Shown here: positions 26,638 to 34,272 of the stretch, one piece after another
Layout of the letters: each line of letters starts with the position of its first letter
How positions within the stretch are numbered: the stretch's first letter is position 1
Assembly: GCA_034723395.1 (NCBI GenBank)
Contig: JAYEOW010000040.1
Coordinates: forward strand, 782 to 64,781
DNA: 64,000 nt
Source: Candidatus Margulisiibacteriota bacterium
GTDB taxonomy: Bacteria; Margulisbacteria; WOR-1; O2-12-FULL-45-9
Direction of reading: 5' to 3'
Made by a program: the position numbers and the translations under genes
The notes under the pieces: model-generated
The model's input: the letters and a program-made list of their open reading frames with translations, nothing else
Databases searched by the model: none
Told to the model about the DNA's origin: nothing

Positions 26638-27219
26638 TTACGATAAAGGTTCAACCCGACTATTATAAACAAATTCAACCGGAATGCCTATTTCGCGTTC
26701 GATGTCCAGATTATTTCTGCCGATTATATCTCTGCCCCACAAGTTAAAAGGAGAGGAGGGAAGAATGATCAGGTCTGGATTGAACTTTTTGGCAGCTTGT
26801 TTTATATTCCGAATGAAATCTTCAACGACCAGAAGGTCCCCCGAGTTGATAGTCCCTCCGAAAAAATAGTTCTTTGCCGAGATCACACGCAGGTTAAGCT
26901 GGTATTTTTTTAAAGTGTGTTTTATTAAGGGAGCCACTCTCGGCGCGGCGTCAATATTATTAATGAGAAAATCTCTAATTGTTTTTAATTCACTGTTTTT
27001 GTATTTCCTATTTATCTTTTTTGTTGATTGTAAATAATATATCCTTTTTATATATTTTGAAATATTTTCTGGTCTTAGGACATAATAAAAAAACTCAAGG
27101 CCAAGGTTTTCTTGAACTACGTCAACTTTATGCTTGTGTAAATATGCATAAAGCTTTGCAGTTCCCAATGGTAGATTAAAAGATAAACTACCCGGTGGGG
27201 TAAGAAGTAAAATATCCAT
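26638..27219 (-). CDS. stand-alone DUF512-like protein (paralogue of the C-terminal domain of the radical SAM-PDZ protein)
   Basis: The C-terminal 60 aa (FNPDLIILPSSPFNLWGRDIIGRNNLDIEREIGIPVEFVYN) align residue-by-residue with the C-terminus of the 24987-26387 product. Confidence 0.45.
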   Translation of the reverse strand: MDILLLTPPGSLSFNLPLGTAKLYAYLHKHKVDVVQENLGLEFFYYVLRPENISKYIKRIYYLQSTKKINRKYKNSELKTIRDFLINNIDAAPRVAPLIKHTLKKYQLNLRVISAKNYFFGGTINSGDLLVVEDFIRNIKQAAKKFNPDLIILPSSPFNLWGRDIIGRNNLDIEREIGIPVEFVYNSRVEPLS

Positions 27220-27352
27220 TATATTACCAGTAATAATATCATAGGCGGGTTTGTTTATGAAATTGCGGAAAAGTTATGTGATGAATAATGAAGCAGAATA
27301 TGCGGGTCGTGGAGCCCTCCCCAACATCAAAAAGCCCCTGAAAGTGTGCTTT

Positions 27353-28357
27353 TTATTCAATAAAACACAAAGCGGAGCGATTTAAATTATTTGGAATTTT
27401 ATATGGATCCTTAAAAAGGACGCACTGGGCGTTATCTGGAGCAAAAAAGGTGTTGTGTAGTTCATAGGTCCTTTGCTTGCAGCCGCCAAGACATTTTTTA
27501 TTGGCTTTACAGTAGTGACATTCACTAATATTATTTGAGGTTGATCTTCTTATTTCTTTCATGACCGGATGGTTTTTAAATATTTTTGTAAAATTATCTT
27601 TTCTTATATTTCCCATAACCTTATTTCTCATCGGCATGCAGGGGACGATATCGCCGTTAAACAATATCGCGATAAATTCATAGCCAACGCCGCATGCGGT
27701 TCCCCTTGCTCTAGATGTTATATCTAATCCTTCCGGTTCGGATATTTTGTGCATACAATCTTTATAATCTTTTAGCTTGGGGTAGAGTTTTTTCCCCGCT
27801 TTTCCGCTGGGATTTATCAGGCTTATCCCGGCGGTAATATTGAAATGCTGGCAAAAATCGACAATATCCTGGATTTCTTTAACGTTATTTTTCATAACAA
27901 TTGTTCTGACCACAACGTTAAAGCCTTGTTTTTTACATAGTAAAATCGCGTCTATTGCTTTTTTAAACGAACCCTTTTTGCCTCTGATAGCATCATGTGT
28001 TTTAGCATTAGCTCCGTCGAGGCTAATTTGAATGGTATCGATGTTAATTTTTTTAAATCTTTCAATTGCCCGCTTATCAACTAGTGTGCCATTGGTCAAA
28101 AGATGGATTTGCAGCCCCTTCTGTGAAGCGTAGGCGGCAATTTTGTAAAAACGGGGATGTAAAAGAGGCTCTCCGCCGGATAAAATCACTTTTTTGGCCT
28201 TGTTCTTTGCTGTGGTGTCGAGAATATTAAATATTTCTTTTAAGGATAATTCTTTTGAAAATAAACTGCCATCCGCAAAGCAATGTATGCAATTTAAATT
28301 GCACCGTTTAGTTATTTCTAAATATAGCGAATCTAAATGCAAAAGATTATTGCTCAA
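27353..28357 (-). CDS. radical SAM/SPASM-domain peptide-modifying enzyme (anSME/PqqE/MftC-like)
   Basis: N-terminal CNLNCIHC (Cx3Cx2C) and a C-terminal SPASM cysteine cluster (CGVGYEF...CMP...CHYCKANKKCLGGCKQ), 334 aa. TTG start 28 nt after the stop of a 55-aa ORF. Confidence 0.8.
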   Translation of the reverse strand: MSNNLLHLDSLYLEITKRCNLNCIHCFADGSLFSKELSLKEIFNILDTTAKNKAKKVILSGGEPLLHPRFYKIAAYASQKGLQIHLLTNGTLVDKRAIERFKKINIDTIQISLDGANAKTHDAIRGKKGSFKKAIDAILLCKKQGFNVVVRTIVMKNNVKEIQDIVDFCQHFNITAGISLINPSGKAGKKLYPKLKDYKDCMHKISEPEGLDITSRARGTACGVGYEFIAILFNGDIVPCMPMRNKVMGNIRKDNFTKIFKNHPVMKEIRRSTSNNISECHYCKANKKCLGGCKQRTYELHNTFFAPDNAQCVLFKDPYKIPNNLNRSALCFIE

Positions 28358-28385
28358 GAGATTAGGTCTTTTTAGCTGGTCAATC

Positions 28386-28553
28386 CTAGTCGGCGATCAT
28401 CCCAGGGAATATTTTCTTTCTTGTTCTCATTCCAGGAGAGGCCTTTAATTTTTTTATCTCTTTGAGAATTTTGGTTGTGCTTGAGGATACTTCGGTCCGG
28501 ACCTCTTTTTTGATGAGTTTCTTTAAGTCTGATAATTTTAGGGTTTCTTTCAT
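28386..28553 (-). CDS. 55-aa Lys-rich peptide immediately upstream of the radical SAM/SPASM gene (candidate substrate or RRE-less partner)
   Basis: My own translation gives MKETLKLSDLKKLIKKEVRTEVSSSTTKILKEIKKLKASPGMRTRKKIFPGMIAD. An AAGGGGG RBS lies upstream. It is below the ORF-track length cut-off. Confidence 0.4.
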   Translation of the reverse strand: MKETLKLSDLKKLIKKEVRTEVSSSTTKILKEIKKLKASPGMRTRKKIFPGMIAD

Positions 28554-28626
28554 GCTTAATAACCCCCTTTTTTTGTAGTATACATCAACCTTTCTTCCGA
28601 AGCAATACGTCTTTTTATTTTGTAGG

Positions 28627-28779
28627 ATGTTTTATGATAACATAAAAAATGTGACAGCAATAAACAACCCCCAACAAAAACTCTGTTCCGACATCAAAAA
28701 GTTCCTGGATGTCTACAAGGTCCTTTCCGCCGACGGCAAAGCCCAGTTCGAAGCCCAGATGGCGGGAGAGGTTTATTAA
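28627..28779 (+). CDS. small conserved-N-terminus protein, paralogue 1 (50 aa, ends ...QMAGEVY)
   Basis: My own translation gives MFYDNIKNVTAINNPQQKLCSDIKKFLDVYKVLSADGKAQFEAQMAGEVY. It shares a 35-aa module with the ORFs at 30274 and 31762. Confidence 0.45.
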   Translation: MFYDNIKNVTAINNPQQKLCSDIKKFLDVYKVLSADGKAQFEAQMAGEVY

Positions 28780-28854
28780 CTTGACATTTTTGATGGCTTT
28801 TGTTAATGTACATCTGTCAAACAGGACAAAATTGTCTTATTTGGAGGATGATTT

Positions 28855-29655
28855 ATGCTTAAAGATGAGTTAACCGCTAAAGCGCATGAGGAGGGCCTGC
28901 CGCTAAAAATCCTTGAAAAAGAGGCTTTGCAAATTTACATTTTAAGCGAGTTGTTCGCTCTGCCGGAATCGACCCGGCTGACTTTCCAGGGCGGGACCTG
29001 CCTGCGCCTGGTCTATAACGGGGCGCGTTACTCAGAAGACCTGGATTTTGTAACCTCTGCTGACAACAATAATATCGATCAGATCATCAATAATTTGTCC
29101 AAAGCGCTTGTCCGGCTGGAGCCGCTCTTCGGCGGGGAAATTATTACAAAAAAGCAAAAGGTATCTCCCACTTTTTGCCGCTTCAGAATTCATAACCGGA
29201 AAGAAAATATTCACGAATCTTTTTTTGTCAGCCTGGAATTTGGCCGGTATCCGGCTTATACCTTAAATGTCGTTCCCTTGCGTCCGCAAAAAAAGCTTCC
29301 GGGATTGCCGCTGACCCTGGTCCGAGCGGAAAAGCCCGAAGAGATCCTGGCCGACAAATTGTGCGCTATTGCCGGCCGGCCCTTTTGCAAAGGGCGCGAT
29401 TATTTTGATCTTTGGCTGTTAAAGCAGCAGGGGATTACGCTTGACACAAACTTGCTGGGGAAAAAGCTTAAAGATTATTCTATCCCCGCGGATAACCTGG
29501 CTCGCGGACTTAACCTTGCTTCAGCCAAAAGCATTAAAAATGAGATGGAAAGATTTTTGCCGTTAAAATACCGGCGCCAGTTCGAAAACGACGGCTATGC
29601 CGGCCTGCTGCAACAAGCCCGGTCAATCATTGAAGAGGGGCTGCAAGCGCTATGA
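28855..29655 (+). CDS. AbiEii/AbiGii-family nucleotidyltransferase (type IV TA toxin-like, DUF1814)
   Basis: FQGGTCLRLVYNGARYSEDLDF nucleotidyltransferase motif, 266 aa, with a GGAGGATG RBS. Confidence 0.7.
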   Translation: MLKDELTAKAHEEGLPLKILEKEALQIYILSELFALPESTRLTFQGGTCLRLVYNGARYSEDLDFVTSADNNNIDQIINNLSKALVRLEPLFGGEIITKKQKVSPTFCRFRIHNRKENIHESFFVSLEFGRYPAYTLNVVPLRPQKKLPGLPLTLVRAEKPEEILADKLCAIAGRPFCKGRDYFDLWLLKQQGITLDTNLLGKKLKDYSIPADNLARGLNLASAKSIKNEMERFLPLKYRRQFENDGYAGLLQQARSIIEEGLQAL

Positions 29656-30245
29656 AAAAATATTTTACCTTCTCCTCCTGGCTGACGCTCCTGCAAAAAC
29701 TGGGCAGGGAAAATCAAAAGATCCTCTCCCCCCGGACCCTGCAAAGGGCCAGCGGATTGGGCAGCCAGGCGATCTCAAAAGCCATTCAGCGCCTGGTCCG
29801 GCGCGGGGACCTGATCAAACTTTATAAAGGGGCCTACGCCAATAAATATTCTCCGCCTTCGCTTGAAGAAGTGGCCATGTTTTACGGCAAGCCCTGTTAT
29901 ATTTCTTTTGAGAGCGCGCTGGAAGATCGGGGCATTATCTCGCAGGCGCCGCAGGTGCTTACCTGCGCGGCCACGCGCAAGCTAAAAAAATTAAAGACGC
30001 CGCTGGGTGAGATCGTATTCCATAGGATCCACCCGCGCTTATTTAGTAGTTTCGAAAATGATAAGGGGATTCTCCGCGCCACCGCCGAGAAGGCTTTTCT
30101 GGATTATTTATATATCAATCTCAAAAATGAAAAACAGATCCCTGCGCTGGACGAGTTTGACATGGGGCAATTAGATAACAAGAAGACTAAAAAGCTGGCA
30201 AAGATCTTTCCCCAAAGCGTCAGGCGCCGCCTACTTTTGGTCTAA
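29652..30245 (+). CDS. AbiEi-family antitoxin-like transcriptional regulator
   Basis: LYKGAYANKYSPPSLEEVAMFYGKPCYISFESAL resembles the AbiEi_4 domain. It overlaps the upstream nucleotidyltransferase by 4 nt. Confidence 0.55.
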   Translation: MKKYFTFSSWLTLLQKLGRENQKILSPRTLQRASGLGSQAISKAIQRLVRRGDLIKLYKGAYANKYSPPSLEEVAMFYGKPCYISFESALEDRGIISQAPQVLTCAATRKLKKLKTPLGEIVFHRIHPRLFSSFENDKGILRATAEKAFLDYLYINLKNEKQIPALDEFDMGQLDNKKTKKLAKIFPQSVRRRLLLV

Positions 30246-30273
30246 CGGCTCATTTTATGCTAAAATTCAACCG

Positions 30274-30435
30274 ATGACTGAGCAAAACCCGCAAGAAAAA
30301 CTTCTAAACGATGTAAAACACTTCCTCGAGGTCTACAAAGTCCTTTCCCCCGATGGCAAAGCCCAATTCGAAGGCCAAATGGCCGGGTCGGTTTATGCTA
30401 TTAAAATGTTCATTGACAATGAAGACTATATATGA
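30274..30435 (+). CDS. small conserved-N-terminus protein, paralogue 2 (53 aa)
   Basis: My own translation gives MTEQNPQEKLLNDVKHFLEVYKVLSPDGKAQFEGQMAGSVYAIKMFIDNEDYI. The ORF-track entry 30353-31738 is a chimeric call in another frame. Confidence 0.5.
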   Translation: MTEQNPQEKLLNDVKHFLEVYKVLSPDGKAQFEGQMAGSVYAIKMFIDNEDYI

Positions 30436-30469
30436 TAAGTTTTCATTAGCAGTGAATGGAGGTGGATTT

Positions 30470-31738
30470 ATGGATAGAGCATTATTAAAAGAGATAGTTT
30501 TAGAGCAACGGGAAGTTATAAAAAATAAGGATCTGGGGATAGAAAGGGAAAAGCTTGATTTAATTGAAGGATCTATAAAGCTTCCACACGCTATCGTTAT
30601 TTCCGGGATCAGGCGCGTGGGGAAGTCAACCCTGCTTGCCCAAATTATGAGTAAATTCTATAAATATGATGCTTATTATCTTAACTTTGAGGATGAGCGT
30701 TTAATGGACTTTAAGGTTTCGGATTTTAATACCCTTTATGAGATATTTGTGGAGCTTTTTGGGGAAAAACAGGTTTTTTTCTTTGATGAAATTCAAAATG
30801 TGAAGGAGTGGGAGGCGTTTGTCCGGCGTATGTATGACCGGAAATTTAAGTTTTTTATTACCGGCTCAAATGCCTCGCTTTTAAGTAAAGAACTGGGGAC
30901 TAAATTGACGGGAAGATTTGTGCCGGTCGAGCTTTTTCCCTTTTCGTTCAGGGAATATATGAGATTTAAAAAATATTCTTTACCTGATAAGGCTCTCATG
31001 CTTACTAAAGAAAGAGGAAAGATAAAACGCTTTTTTAATGGATACTTAAAAGAGGGGGGGATGCCGGAATATCTAAAATATAAGGACCTGGATATTTTAA
31101 GGAGAATTTATGATGATATATTATATCGTGATGTTGTTGCCAGATATAGGATTAAGGAGATAAAAAATCTCAGGGAAATGTCCCTTTATTTTTTGAGTAA
31201 TCTTTCTGCTTTGTTTTCTTATAATAAACTTAAACAGTATCTTAATTTGGGGAGCATAAATACAGTAAAGAGTTTTGCTGAGTATCTTCAAAATACCTAT
31301 ATTCTTTTTGTGATAAATATTTTTTCCTTTTCTTTAAAACAACAGTTTATTGCGCCAAAGAAAATATATTGTGTGGATAATGCCCTGGCGAACGCAATTG
31401 CCTTTAAATTTTCGGAAAATAGGGGTAAGTTTTTGGAAAATGTTGTATTTGTAGAGCTTAAGAGAAGGGGCTCTGAAATTTATTATCATAAAACTGCTAA
31501 AGGACTTGAGGTTGATTTTCTGGTAAAAAAGGGAAGAAAGGTTGAGAAGCTAATTCAGGTAACCCTGGGGATGGGGAAAACCGGCGTTAAGGAGCGGGAA
31601 TTAAACGCGCTTCTTTCGGCGTTGGAAGAACTTGATGTGAAAGAGGGGATGATTTTGACGGAAGAAGAGGAAAAAGAAATTAAATTAGGCGGAAAGAAGA
31701 TAACTGTTAAGCCGGTATATAAATGGCTGTTAGAGTAA
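30470..31738 (+). CDS. DUF4143/AAA_14-family ATPase
   Basis: Walker A GIRRVGKST, Walker B FFFDEIQ, then the characteristic C-terminal DUF4143 region. A GGAGGTG RBS precedes the ATG at 30470. Confidence 0.75.
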   Translation: MDRALLKEIVLEQREVIKNKDLGIEREKLDLIEGSIKLPHAIVISGIRRVGKSTLLAQIMSKFYKYDAYYLNFEDERLMDFKVSDFNTLYEIFVELFGEKQVFFFDEIQNVKEWEAFVRRMYDRKFKFFITGSNASLLSKELGTKLTGRFVPVELFPFSFREYMRFKKYSLPDKALMLTKERGKIKRFFNGYLKEGGMPEYLKYKDLDILRRIYDDILYRDVVARYRIKEIKNLREMSLYFLSNLSALFSYNKLKQYLNLGSINTVKSFAEYLQNTYILFVINIFSFSLKQQFIAPKKIYCVDNALANAIAFKFSENRGKFLENVVFVELKRRGSEIYYHKTAKGLEVDFLVKKGRKVEKLIQVTLGMGKTGVKERELNALLSALEELDVKEGMILTEEEEKEIKLGGKKITVKPVYKWLLE

Positions 31739-31761
31739 GTATTATAGGGGAAGATAGTATA

Positions 31762-31980
31762 ATGAATAACCCACAACAAAGACTTTTAAACGATGTAAAA
31801 AAGTTCTTAGAGGTCTACAAAGTTCTCTCTCCGGATGGCAAAGCGCAATTCGAAGGCCAGATGGCGGGATCAATAAAGGACCAGGACGATAAGACCAGGA
31901 AGTTATATCATGCTCTTCTGCAAGCGGCCAAAGACGGCAAAGATGTAGAAGCTGCTATCCAGGAGATGGGGAAGGGCTAA
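31762..31980 (+). CDS. small conserved-N-terminus protein, paralogue 3 (72 aa)
   Basis: MNNPQQRLLNDVKKFLEVYKVLSPDGKAQFEGQMAGSIKDQDDKTRKLYHALLQAAKDGKDVEAAIQEMGKG. Its nucleotide differences from paralogue 2 in the shared module are almost all synonymous. Confidence 0.5.
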   Translation: MNNPQQRLLNDVKKFLEVYKVLSPDGKAQFEGQMAGSIKDQDDKTRKLYHALLQAAKDGKDVEAAIQEMGKG

Positions 31981-32867
31981 ACCCGGGATAACGTCTTTTT
32001 CCCGCGGAAGATAATTTCTAGTACCCGTTCGAGGTCCTCTTTGCTGAAGTAATTGATCTCGATCCGCCCTTTTTGCGGAGTCCCCAGTATTTTTACTTTT
32101 GTTCCGAGAAATGTTGTTAATCTTTCAACCAGGGCGTTTAATTCCGCATTTTTTGTAAAAGCGCGTTTGCGTCCGCCTTTCCTGGCTTTTTGTTTTTCAC
32201 TTTTTCCAGAAACTAAAATTTCCACGTCGCGAACATTTAATTTGCTGGAGATGATCTGTTTCCAGGCTTCAAGCTGTTTTAGCTGGTCAGAAATCGCCAA
32301 AAGCGCCCGCGCGTGCCCAACACTAATTTCTTCTTTGCGGAGACTTTGTTTGATCTTATCCGGTAAAGTAAGGACGCGAAGCATATTGGTAACGGTGGAC
32401 CTGTTCTTCCCCACCTTTTTAGCGACTTGTTCCTGAGTGATCTTAAATTCTTTGATCAGGAGGGCGTAACCCTCGGCTTCATCCATCGGATTGAGGTCTT
32501 CGCGCTGGAGATTTTCGATCAAGGCGATCTCGAGCGATTGCTCGTCGGTAAAATCCTTTATGATTGACGGGACCAGGGTGAGCCCGGCAAGTTTAGCCGC
32601 TCTCCACCTGCGTTCACCGGCGACCAGTTCGTATCTCCCTGCCCGCATCCGGGTCAGGATCGGTTCGATCACTCCCTGCTCTTTGATCGAATCCGAAAGT
32701 TCTTTTAATGCATCCTTGGGAAATTCGGTCCTTGGCTGACGCGGATTTGGATATATTTTACCGATATCGATATTTACGATCGTCCTCCCGCCGGCAAAGA
32801 TCGCCTTCTTTGGGATCAGCGCGCTCAATCCTTTACCCAAACCTCTTTTTTTAGAATTGTCCATCAT
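31977..32867 (-). CDS. parB: chromosome partitioning protein ParB
   Basis: GLGKGLSALI and ParB box motifs, 296 aa. It overlaps parA by 17 nt. Confidence 0.85.
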   Translation of the reverse strand: MMDNSKKRGLGKGLSALIPKKAIFAGGRTIVNIDIGKIYPNPRQPRTEFPKDALKELSDSIKEQGVIEPILTRMRAGRYELVAGERRWRAAKLAGLTLVPSIIKDFTDEQSLEIALIENLQREDLNPMDEAEGYALLIKEFKITQEQVAKKVGKNRSTVTNMLRVLTLPDKIKQSLRKEEISVGHARALLAISDQLKQLEAWKQIISSKLNVRDVEILVSGKSEKQKARKGGRKRAFTKNAELNALVERLTTFLGTKVKILGTPQKGRIEINYFSKEDLERVLEIIFRGKKTLSRV

Positions 32868-33618
32868 CTAATACCTCCCGACAAAGATTTTCGTAGGCCT
32901 GCGCCCCTTTTGATCCCGGATCATAAAAGATAATTGGCTGGCCAAAACTGGGCGCCTCGGCCAAGCGGATATTTCTCGGAATAACTGATTTAAAAACCTT
33001 GCTGCCAAAATATTTACGGGTCTCTTCGGCAACTTGGGCAGAAAGTAAGGTTCTCGGATCGTACATGGTAAGAACAATCCCGCGGATCTTTAGCCCGGGA
33101 TTCAACCCTTCCCGGACCAATTCTAAGGTATGGGTTAACTGGCTAATTCCCTCGAGTGCGTAGTATTCGCACTGGATCGGGATAATAACTTCATCTGCCG
33201 CAGTCAGGGAATTTACGGTCAGAAGCGATAGCGAAGGAGGGCAATCGATAATAACTATATCATAATCATCTTTAACTGATGCTAAAGCATCTTTTAAGCG
33301 GGTCTCTCGCGGCTCCATGTTTATAAGTTCAACCTCTGCTCCGGCGAGTTGCGGAGTAGAAGGGAGAGAATCTAAATTTGCGATCGGGCTTTTGATAATT
33401 ACATCCTTGGCGGGAACGCTGCTGATCAATACATCATACAGGCACTGTTTAATGGTTGAACGGTCGATGCCTATGCCTACTGTGGCATTACTTTGCGGAT
33501 CAAAATCGACCAGTAAGATCTTCTTGCCGAAAGTTGCTAAGTAAGATGCCAGATTTACGGTGGTGGTGGTCTTTCCGACTCCGCCTTTTTGGTTTACGAT
33601 CGCGTAGGAGATGCCCAT
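32851..33618 (-). CDS. parA: chromosome partitioning ATPase ParA/Soj
   Basis: VNQKGGVGKTTT deviant Walker A, 255 aa. Confidence 0.9.
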   Translation of the reverse strand: MGISYAIVNQKGGVGKTTTTVNLASYLATFGKKILLVDFDPQSNATVGIGIDRSTIKQCLYDVLISSVPAKDVIIKSPIANLDSLPSTPQLAGAEVELINMEPRETRLKDALASVKDDYDIVIIDCPPSLSLLTVNSLTAADEVIIPIQCEYYALEGISQLTHTLELVREGLNPGLKIRGIVLTMYDPRTLLSAQVAEETRKYFGSKVFKSVIPRNIRLAEAPSFGQPIIFYDPGSKGAQAYENLCREVLDDGQF

Positions 33619-33633
33619 TGCCCGCTTATTATA

Positions 33634-34272
33634 TCATAGCGGTCTTTTTTTGGCCATTCCGGGGTGGCGGGGGTATTTTTCGGGAGTAGGGGATATTTTT
33701 TCGATAATAATTAGTGAGCGGATGATCTCTGAATCTGGTAGTTTTACTTTTTTCATCTCTTTTATTTTTCCACCAAGAATTTTGATTGCGTTCTCCGCTG
33801 ATTGAATCTCGTCTTCGATCTTTTCTTCCTTGTAAGCGACAAAAATCCCTCCAACTTTTACAAAGGGGAGGCATAGCTCGGAAAGGACGTTTAATTTCGC
33901 GACTGCGCGGGAGAGGGAGATATCATATTGCTCCCGTTTATCTTTAACAATTTCCTCAGCTCTTCCCCAGATGATTTCCACATCTTTTAAGTTTAATGTT
34001 GAAACAACATGCCTTAGAAATTCAACTTTCTTGCGGGTCGCTTCAACTAAGGCCAACTGAATTTGAGGGAATGTTATTTTTAAAGGGATGCCTGGGAAAC
34101 CAGCCCCGGCGCCAATATCGATGATAGATTGGTCTGTGAGGTTGACTACTTGAGAAATAGAGAGTGAATCTTCAAAATGTTTTAGCTTTATTTCGTCCGG
34201 TTTGGTGATGGAGGTAAGATTAAACTTCCTGTTCCACTTCAGAAGCTCTTTGAGATAGACTTCAAACATCAA
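33634..34272 (-). CDS. rsmG: 16S rRNA (guanine527-N7)-methyltransferase RsmG/GidB
   Basis: DIGAGAGFPGIPLKI SAM-binding motif in a 212-aa protein. This is the classic position next to parAB. Confidence 0.85.
   Translation of the reverse strand: MMFEVYLKELLKWNRKFNLTSITKPDEIKLKHFEDSLSISQVVNLTDQSIIDIGAGAGFPGIPLKITFPQIQLALVEATRKKVEFLRHVVSTLNLKDVEIIWGRAEEIVKDKREQYDISLSRAVAKLNVLSELCLPFVKVGGIFVAYKEEKIEDEIQSAENAIKILGGKIKEMKKVKLPDSEIIRSLIIIEKISPTPEKYPRHPGMAKKRPL

Noticed and set aside
27219-27353. Possible bidirectional terminator AAAAAGC-n12-GCTTTTT after the radical SAM/SPASM gene
   Set aside because: The stem is only 7 bp and is built from the A/T runs themselves, so it is too weak to call.
28627-28779. 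Calling P1 a mycofactocin (MftA) precursor because it ends in -GEVY
   Set aside because: This rests only on the C-terminal Val-Tyr and a nearby radical SAM/SPASM gene. No mftB/D/E/F genes are present and the leader does not resemble MftA. It is kept as a generic candidate RiPP or small-protein family instead.
30353-31738. ORF-track 461-aa protein starting MAKPNSKAKW...
   Set aside because: This is a chimeric call. The first 39 codons are an out-of-frame read-through across small protein P2. The real ATPase gene starts at the ATG at 30470 (MDRALLKEIV...) behind a GGAGGTG RBS.
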